A DNA stretch of 64,000 nucleotides from an uncultured bacterium (GTDB taxonomy: Bacteria; Auribacterota; Erginobacteria; Erginobacterales; CAZKCI01): NCBI GenBank assembly GCA_964584165.1, contig CAZOYW010000001.1, forward strand, positions 45,730 through 109,729. The letters run 5' to 3'. The translations under genes were made by a program, and so were the position numbers. The notes beneath the pieces are model-generated. The model was not told the origin of the DNA, searched no databases, and saw nothing but the letters and a program-made list of their open reading frames with translations. Positions 57,660 to 64,000 of this stretch are shown piece after piece. Within the stretch, counting starts at the first letter, position 1; the number at the start of each line of letters is the position of its first letter.

Positions 57660-57837
57660 TGTGGGAGCGACATTCTTGTCGCGATCCGGTCGCCAGCCAA
57701 GCCCGTGGGAGCGGCGTCCTCGCCGCGATCCGGTCCATGCCGAGCCGTGGGAGCGACATTCCTGCTTGCCCCGATTGCTGTTTGTCGGGGTCGCGATCCA
57801 GTCCGTCTTGGATCGGGGCAAGAATGCCCCTCCCACA
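57660..57837. repeat. Cluster of four family P REP-like units (three forward, one reverse)
   Basis: Units at 57660, 57704, 57746 and a reverse unit at 57811-57837. Confidence 0.85.
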
Positions 57838-57915
57838 AAATCGCCGTCGACGACTCTCCCAATAAGTTTGCCCCTACATGTTCTACATGCCTACATGTGA
57901 ATACTTCCAGCCAAG

Positions 57916-58683
57916 TCAAAGCCCTTCTTCATCATTCTTGACGGGTCTAAAAAGCCCGGGAAGGGAGTCGAGCACCGCCTCGGCCGCCCGGTAGGCGCCG
58001 CGGAGGATGGGAAAGAGCGCTTTCTGGCCGACCGTCAGCTCCCCGCTCGACGGCACCGCGAAAGGGCCGAAGCGGAGGGAGAAACTTCCTGCCCGCAATC
58101 CGCCGAGAAGACCTTCCTGATCCAATCTTGCCGCCTCCGCTTCCAGGAACAGCGGCTTGATCTGCTCCTCCCGGTGAGCGTCGAGACCGGGATAGCCCGA
58201 TAGACGCGCCCCCCCCTCCCGCAGAGTTCTGACCGCGCGGCAGAGCGCCGACGCGGGGGCGTACTTCGTCCCGTACCTCGCCGACCAGACCTCGATCCCG
58301 TCCAGGAGATCCCAGCGTTCGTGGCGCCGGAGATCCGAAAACCGGGGATGGGCCCAGACCGTCATCCCGCCCGCTTCTCTGATCGCCTCTAGACACGACA
58401 CCGGGTTCTCCGCCCTGATCTGCCGGAGCGCGCCGATGCCCAGGAGATGGACGGTCCCGAAGGCGTATTCGAGACCGGGTACCAAGAGAAACCTGTCGTC
58501 GCTCGCCCTTGCGCAGTCCTCGCCCTGGCGTTGGTAGAGATCGGCGGTTAGGTCCTCGGCGTGGTCGCAGACGACCGCGAAGCCGCAGCCGAGCGCCAAG
58601 GCCTTTTCCCGGATGGCCGTCGGGGCCAGATGCCCGTCGTGGGAGTAAATCGTGTGAATATGGAATAGTCCGCGAAATTTCAT
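57916..58683 (-). CDS. PHP-domain metal-dependent phosphoesterase
   Basis: HIHTIYSHDG; CDH; GLEY; VHLL; AHP; GLDAH. Confidence 0.8.
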   Translation of the reverse strand: MKFRGLFHIHTIYSHDGHLAPTAIREKALALGCGFAVVCDHAEDLTADLYQRQGEDCARASDDRFLLVPGLEYAFGTVHLLGIGALRQIRAENPVSCLEAIREAGGMTVWAHPRFSDLRRHERWDLLDGIEVWSARYGTKYAPASALCRAVRTLREGGARLSGYPGLDAHREEQIKPLFLEAEAARLDQEGLLGGLRAGSFSLRFGPFAVPSSGELTVGQKALFPILRGAYRAAEAVLDSLPGLFRPVKNDEEGL

Positions 58684-58741
58684 AAGAATCGCAAAGCGCA
58701 TAGAGCAGAGCGCAAAGCGTCCGATGTGATTAAGTGAGGCG

Positions 58742-59920
58742 CTATGCTCTTTGCGCTATGCGTTTGTATACGAAGCGGCCAAGCTCCGCCCAGCCCGGCA
58801 GCGGGTCGTCCCAGTCGGAGTTGAAGGACTTGATGGGCTGGCTGAAGCCCCCGAGGAAATCCCGAACGGCTTCCCCTCTTCGTGGATAGGATTTGAGCCA
58901 GGGTTTAGGCGGACCCTTCCAGACCTCGAGAAGCCTCTGCAGGTCCGCGCAGAGGTAGCGGGCGCGGACGCCGACCCGGTAATCGGTTTCCGGCGGCACG
59001 GCCTCGCCCATAAGCAGCCGATAGTGAAGAAGAGGAAAATTCACGCCGGCGGCCAGGGCCAGGGGGAGAGAGCCCCAGTAGCGCCCGTTGATCTCCATCA
59101 GGACCGGCTCTTCTTCCCCCCGCCACTTGAACTCCACCATCGCCGGGCCGTTCCATTTCAGCGCCTTGAGCAAGCTTAAAGCATATTCCTTCATCGGGGA
59201 AGGCGGCCGGATCGACTCGCAAAAGCTGGAGCGGGCGCCGAGCGGGTTCTCCTCCCGCAAACGCCGATGGGCGAAGATCGCGAGCGGCTCCCCCTCCCGG
59301 GCCAGAACCGAAACCCCGTATCCCTCCCCCTTAATCATCTCCTGGACCAGGCAGCCCGCCGGGAACAGACCGGCGGCAGCGCATAGTTCTTCGTCAGACC
59401 CGCAAAAGACGGGCTCGGGAGCGGAAACCAGGAGGTCCCCGCATATGTGTTTCGAGAAGCGGGACTTGACCACGACGGGATAGCGGACGCGGGCGGCCAG
59501 GGAGGGGATACCCTCCTCCTCCGGGAAGCTGGTCGAGGGAACCGGGACCGCGTATTCGCGGGCCAGTTCCAACGTCCTGCGCTTGTCCAGCGTCTTCTCC
59601 AGTGCTTCGGCCCTGGGGAGGGCGATAACGTTCCGGCCCTCCCAGGAAGAGCGCAAGTGATGCAACGGAACGATGGTGCGATCGGTGACGGGAATGACCA
59701 GCCGGTAGGAGGGCGCCAGGGCGGTCAGGAAAGCGAGAAAACGGCCGACGCCATCGGCCGGCGACGGATAGAGGATCTTCTTCGCTGGGAATCTCGAAAA
59801 GAAGCAAAGGTTGAAAGCCTTCTCCTCTCCCGCGACATCGACGGCGAGCCCCGCCCGGCCGAGCGAGCGGACCACGGAGAGCGCCGCGGGAGCATGGGCG
59901 TCAAGAACCAGGATCTTCAT
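58742..59920 (-). CDS. ATP-grasp (carboxylate-amine ligase-like) protein
   Basis: VRSLGRAG; VIPVTD; YPVVVKS; LVQEMI; AMVEFK; LMEINGRYWGS. Confidence 0.88.
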   Translation of the reverse strand: MKILVLDAHAPAALSVVRSLGRAGLAVDVAGEEKAFNLCFFSRFPAKKILYPSPADGVGRFLAFLTALAPSYRLVIPVTDRTIVPLHHLRSSWEGRNVIALPRAEALEKTLDKRRTLELAREYAVPVPSTSFPEEEGIPSLAARVRYPVVVKSRFSKHICGDLLVSAPEPVFCGSDEELCAAAGLFPAGCLVQEMIKGEGYGVSVLAREGEPLAIFAHRRLREENPLGARSSFCESIRPPSPMKEYALSLLKALKWNGPAMVEFKWRGEEEPVLMEINGRYWGSLPLALAAGVNFPLLHYRLLMGEAVPPETDYRVGVRARYLCADLQRLLEVWKGPPKPWLKSYPRRGEAVRDFLGGFSQPIKSFNSDWDDPLPGWAELGRFVYKRIAQRA

Positions 59921-59934
59921 GGGGATGGAAACAA

Positions 59935-60037
59935 CAGGCTGAAGACTGAAGGCTGAGGGCTGAAGGAGCCCGGCCGCTTTTAGCTTCAGTCTTCAGTCTT
60001 CAGCCTGTTTCCCCTTCAGCCTTTTTCCCTTCAGCCT
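59935..60037. repeat. Family E (GCTGAAG/ACTGAAG) inverted arrays, copy 1
   Basis: Its reverse complement aligns with 60671-60741. Confidence 0.88.
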
Positions 60038-60652
60038 TGCGCTCCCCCCCACCCACACCGTTCCTCCCACAACCTCGGGATGAGCGAAGGCTTCCTTGAC
60101 CGCTCTCATCACTCCCGGGTGAAGCTCGCTATAGTCGTGGCCGGCAATCACCTGCGCGGATACGGTTTGGGCCGCCTGGATATCGGCTCGGACCGGGGCG
60201 TATTCGTGATCTCCGTCGATGAAGACCAGAGCGGGGGGAGGCCCTTGGTAGCTCCGGAAGAATTCCGCGCTGGAACCGTCGTAGAGTTCCACCTCTCCGG
60301 AGCGCAAATAATGATAAAGAACCCGCCGCGTGAAATCGCGATGCTCGCCCGGCTCCAAGCCGAAAGGGTTCCAACAATAATTGTCGATGGATATAACTTT
60401 CTGCCCGGGCACCTTATGGGTCGCGATCAGCTGGGCGGTCAGACCGAAAAGGGTGCCAATTTCGATGATCGGCCCCTGGTGGGCCGACGCTTCCGTGGAG
60501 AGCCGGGCGACGGCCGTTCGATCTTCTTCGGATATGCTCCCCCAGAGGGTCTGTTCCCCGTTCTCCCGGAAGAACAGGTAGTTGTAGATCACATGGACGA
60601 GGCGGCGGCGATGCTTGAACGCCGATATGGCCAAGCGCACTTTGGAAGTCAT
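59993..60652 (-). CDS. Class I SAM-dependent methyltransferase (Methyltransf_24-like)
   Basis: IEIGTLFG; ISID; LVFIDGDHEY; IAGHDY. Confidence 0.85.
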   Translation of the reverse strand: MTSKVRLAISAFKHRRRLVHVIYNYLFFRENGEQTLWGSISEEDRTAVARLSTEASAHQGPIIEIGTLFGLTAQLIATHKVPGQKVISIDNYCWNPFGLEPGEHRDFTRRVLYHYLRSGEVELYDGSSAEFFRSYQGPPPALVFIDGDHEYAPVRADIQAAQTVSAQVIAGHDYSELHPGVMRAVKEAFAHPEVVGGTVWVGGSARLKGKRLKGKQAED

Positions 60653-60670
60653 GGCGTTTCTCCCAGATCT

Positions 60671-60770
60671 AGGCTGAAGACTGAAGGCTGAGGGCAAAAA
60701 CGGCCGGGCTCCTTCAGCCCTCAGCCTTCAGTCTTCAGCCTTTTCCCTTTCAGCCTTCAGCCTGTTTCCC
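60671..60770. repeat. Family E element, copy 2 (inverted relative to copy 1)
   Basis: Shared core CGGCCGGGCTCCTTCAGCCCTCAGCCTTCAGTCTTCAGCCT. Confidence 0.88.
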
Positions 60771-61670
60771 CTTACGCCTTTTTATCACCTTCGGCGGAAG
60801 AAATGTGGCTACAAGATGAATCCACGTCGATCGATCTAGCGATGCATAACGCAGCACCCTCAGATAGATTCTCCGCGCCTCGGCGTACTCCCCCGCCTCG
60901 AAATGGCGGTAAGCCCAGCGGCGGTAGAGGTGGACGTAAGCCGCCCGAAGGAGGCCCGGCCGCTCCCTGAAATACTGCGGGTCCTGCCGGTTTAGCTTGG
61001 CGTAGATGCCGGCCAGAGAGGCGTAGTGCCGGGCGAAGGATTGAGAGCGGGCCTCGGGGCGGACCCGGTAGCGGGCGAGGCATTTCGGGAGATAGCCGAG
61101 GGAAAACTCCTTGGCCACCCTGAGCCACATCTCGGTGTCCTCGGCATAAAAGATCTCCTCGTCGAAACGCCCAACCTTTTCGAAACACTCTCGGCGCAGC
61201 ATGACGGTGGCCGAGGAGATAAAGTTATTGACCAACAGATCATCAAATACCATCCCCGAACGGGGTTTCTTCTCCGCGGCGATCGCTCCCTTGATGATGA
61301 TCCCGGTCGCGTCGAAGAAATCCACGTCCGACGAGCAAAAGCCGTATTCCGGGTGAGTTTCGAGCAGAGCGACCTGCTTGGCGAGTTTATCGGGATACCA
61401 GGCGTCGTCGGCATCAAGAAAGGCGATTAGTTTACCCCGGGCTCGTTCCAGCGCCTGGTTTTTCGCCCGGGAGACCCCCTTCCCGTCCTGGCGGAAGAAC
61501 TGAATCTTGTTGCGGTAGCGCCTGACCACCGTTTCGGTCCCGTCGGTCGAACCCCCATCGACCACGATGACCTCATAGTCCCGGAAGGTCTGGGCGAAGA
61601 GGCTATCGAGGGCCTCGCCGATATACTGTCCCTGGTTCAGCGAGGGAATGATTACGGTGACGGTAGGCAT
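60750..61670 (-). CDS. GT2 glycosyltransferase
   Basis: VIIPSLN; VDGGSTD; FLDADD; AEDTEMWLR. Confidence 0.92.
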   Translation of the reverse strand: MPTVTVIIPSLNQGQYIGEALDSLFAQTFRDYEVIVVDGGSTDGTETVVRRYRNKIQFFRQDGKGVSRAKNQALERARGKLIAFLDADDAWYPDKLAKQVALLETHPEYGFCSSDVDFFDATGIIIKGAIAAEKKPRSGMVFDDLLVNNFISSATVMLRRECFEKVGRFDEEIFYAEDTEMWLRVAKEFSLGYLPKCLARYRVRPEARSQSFARHYASLAGIYAKLNRQDPQYFRERPGLLRAAYVHLYRRWAYRHFEAGEYAEARRIYLRVLRYASLDRSTWIHLVATFLPPKVIKRRKGKQAEG

Positions 61671-61683
61671 GGGGGAAACAGCA

Positions 61684-61820
61684 GTTGACGGTTGACAGTT
61701 GACGGTTGACAGTTGACGGTTAAAGGTTTGTCGTTACACGTATCACGTTGCACGTTACGCACGGCTGATAGTTTCTTATCCTTCAGCCTTCAGTCTTTGG
61801 CCTTCAGTCTTCAGTCTTAT
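61684..61820 (+). repeat. Stacked heptamer arrays: GTTGACR x5, ACGTTRC-like units, and family E units
   Basis: Read directly between the GT2 gene and the GT-C-like gene. Confidence 0.8.
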
Positions 61821-63312
61821 CTTCTTCAACCAGATACGCCACATACCTCCCCCGTCGGGCGATTCCGTTGTGAACCAGGCCGGGAGACTCCATCATCCAA
61901 TGCGCTGTTAGGCGGCGTTCCATCCCCCCGACTGAATCCCGCGCCCCTTTCAGCTTCTTCCATATCCGCGCCGCCAGCGGCGTTGGGATCGGTCCGCTGG
62001 TATCCAGAAATATCCAGGGCCCCTGCTCTTTGAGCAGGTCCGGCACCCCCGCGATAGTGAGCGGGACCTCCAGGTCATAGGCCGGAGCAGCGACCCGCAA
62101 CCGCGGGAAAACGACGCGCAGAAAGGAATCCGTGTTGGGAACGCTCGCCGTGTAGATCAAGGGATCGGGGTGCTTCTCCGCCAATTCCCGAACCAGCGGG
62201 ACCAGATCGAACCCTTCTACGCCGGTTTCGTGAAGAGGGCGAAGGAATTGGTTAACCCCGACCAGGCCTACGAAAAGCGCCCCCATCACGAACCCAGCTC
62301 CGGCCGGGTTCCGACGGCCAAGCGCATCGCGGACCGCCACCAGGCCCGAAGCGGCGGCCAGGGCGAAAGCAAAGGCGGCGGGATGGTAATAGCGGAGTTC
62401 GTTGTGCTCCACGCCGATCACTATTGGCGCCAGAGCGCTGAGGAGGGCGATCCAGGCGAAACGAACAAAGCGCTCGCGCCAGCGGACCAGCGCCAACAGG
62501 GTCGGGAACCAGAAGGCGCCGCCCAGGAAAAGCAGAGAGAGGGAATTCGGCGGGTAGTCCAGGCGATCGCGAGCGATGGAGCGGGACTCGAAAGCCTGGC
62601 CTCTCTTGGCAATGAACTCAAAGCTGGATATGTCCGTGACCGCCCAGAGGACGGCGGTAAAAATCCCCCAGAGGATTAAGATGGCACCCATCCGTCTCAA
62701 CAAATCCCGCCGGCCATGACTATCCACTGCCGCCCCGGCGATCCCGAAGGAGATGAAGGCCAACAGGCTTTCCACCCGGGCATTGGTCGCGATCAGCAAA
62801 AGCGCCGCGCCCGCGCAGATCCCGGGGAGGCCGGATCGAAGAGGATGCCCCCTCCCCCGGAGAAGAAAATAAATCGACCAGATAGCAGGGAGGAGCGCCG
62901 TGGTTTCGGCGAGCGCCTTGGTCCCCAGATAAAGACCCAGGGGCGAAAATAGAAATGCCAGGAAAGACCAGTAGGCTACCTCTCCGTCCCAGCCATTGCT
63001 CCGTAGTATCCAGAATAGACTGAGACCGGCGAGGAGGAAGACAGCCGCCATCATCCCCTTGATTACGAGGACGGATAAGAGGCCGGGGCCCAGGAGACGA
63101 AACAGCAGATGAAGAAAGCCTATGTGGACCAGGCGGCCGCTGTAGAATCCCCCTAATCCGTGAAGCCAGGGAGCTCCCAGGTCAAATGGCGCATAGGCCG
63201 CTTTGAAAAGGTAGTTATTTTCGTCCCAGTGGGTCGTGCCGTCGAAAGCCAAGACGAGGTAGAGCACGATGGGGACAATCCATCTCATCGCTTGCGCTGT
63301 TCTCTTCATCAA
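61804..63312 (-). CDS. Polytopic membrane protein, GT-C/ArnT-like
   Basis: HWDE early in the first loop; many TM helices; ELRYYHP; soluble C-terminus. Start may be a few codons later. Confidence 0.6.
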   Translation of the reverse strand: MMKRTAQAMRWIVPIVLYLVLAFDGTTHWDENNYLFKAAYAPFDLGAPWLHGLGGFYSGRLVHIGFLHLLFRLLGPGLLSVLVIKGMMAAVFLLAGLSLFWILRSNGWDGEVAYWSFLAFLFSPLGLYLGTKALAETTALLPAIWSIYFLLRGRGHPLRSGLPGICAGAALLLIATNARVESLLAFISFGIAGAAVDSHGRRDLLRRMGAILILWGIFTAVLWAVTDISSFEFIAKRGQAFESRSIARDRLDYPPNSLSLLFLGGAFWFPTLLALVRWRERFVRFAWIALLSALAPIVIGVEHNELRYYHPAAFAFALAAASGLVAVRDALGRRNPAGAGFVMGALFVGLVGVNQFLRPLHETGVEGFDLVPLVRELAEKHPDPLIYTASVPNTDSFLRVVFPRLRVAAPAYDLEVPLTIAGVPDLLKEQGPWIFLDTSGPIPTPLAARIWKKLKGARDSVGGMERRLTAHWMMESPGLVHNGIARRGRYVAYLVEEDKTED

Positions 63313-63357
63313 TCCTGACCCCTGAACCCCGAACCCTGATTCCTGCTTTTTGTTGAT

Positions 63358-64000
63358 TCAGAACTTCAGATACTCGATGTTGTCCTGCCCCTCTTTCCAA
63401 AAACCCTGCGCCTCGTGAGCCCAGTTGAAGGGGCGCTCCCCCTTCTCCATCAGCTCCCGGACGGTGGAGATGAGTTTCTCCCCCACGCGGCTCCCGTAGA
63501 GGCGGGGCGCTTGCGCCATCTTCCGGTACAGACCCGGGTTCCCGTAGAGGTGGTTGACCATCGCCACCACGAAATCGGCCTCGATGGGCGGGACCAGAAG
63601 GTTGGAGCCCGCGTCCTTGACCGTCTCGGGGCGGTCGGTGTTGAAGCGGCAGGTCAGGCAGGGCTTGCCGAGAAGGTTCATCTCCTCCTGGACACCGCCC
63701 GAGTCGGTAAGGACGGAGAAGCACCGTTCCGATTCGAAGAACTCCACCACGTGCGAATACTGGGGCCATACCTCGGTGTAGAGGAAGTTGGGGCGGCCCT
63801 TCAGCTTCATCAGATCGTCCTTCAGCCCGTAGACCTCCAGGGCATGACGGGTGGCGTTCATCTCGATGAAGCAGACCTCCCTCCCCTCCTCCACCAGCTT
63901 GACCAGGGCCCCCACGATCGAGCGGAAACGGCGCGGCGTCAGGTTCTCCCGCCGGTGGATGTCCACACGGAGCCAATTCCCCTTGGCCAGACGCGGGTAT
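63358..64000 (-). CDS. wecB: UDP-N-acetylglucosamine 2-epimerase (non-hydrolysing), 3' part
   Basis: IHRRENL; TDSGGVQEE; TDRPETV; frame is open to the window edge. Confidence 0.9.
   Translation of the reverse strand, partial: YPRLAKGNWLRVDIHRRENLTPRRFRSIVGALVKLVEEGREVCFIEMNATRHALEVYGLKDDLMKLKGRPNFLYTEVWPQYSHVVEFFESERCFSVLTDSGGVQEEMNLLGKPCLTCRFNTDRPETVKDAGSNLLVPPIEADFVVAMVNHLYGNPGLYRKMAQAPRLYGSRVGEKLISTVRELMEKGERPFNWAHEAQGFWKEGQDNIEYLKF

Noticed and set aside
57582-57919. Short ORFs across the REP cluster
   Set aside because: Translations of repeats (WERRPRRD, WERHSC); no coding support.

Overview
High-GC (about 65-70% by spot counts) bacterial chromosomal segment from a diderm organism. SBBP/FG-GAP surface proteins and a DUF1570-like peptidase suggest a PVC-like or candidate-phylum lineage (inference only). 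Left to right: 5' part of hppA, an outer-membrane beta-barrel gene, tRNA-Leu(GAG), an oppBCDF operon without oppA, and a TPR membrane protein. Next come an operon encoding a degenerate receiver, a degenerate PilB/GspE ATPase, RadC, a HEAT protein and a flavodoxin; a STAS protein; two gluzincin-like peptidases with a fucose-isomerase-like gene; several hypotheticals; a VanZ-ComEC(MBL) fusion; DUF401; and uraA. Then a tandem pair of paralogous ~470-480 aa proteins that read as archaeo-eukaryotic primase (PriS-like) domains fused to a four-cysteine PriL-CTD-like domain (top finding), DUF362 plus a polyferredoxin, and leuC-leuD-nitroreductase-leuB-asd-truA. The last ~23 kb is a cell-surface glycosylation region with a lower-GC block. 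Most intergenic spaces hold short-period (7-10 nt) tandem repeats, often paired as inverted arms, and REP-like hairpins of more than 10 families; one such element sits in-frame inside a gene. No CRISPR array, integrase, transposase or rRNA was seen. All family assignments are by eye from motifs; no database search was run.
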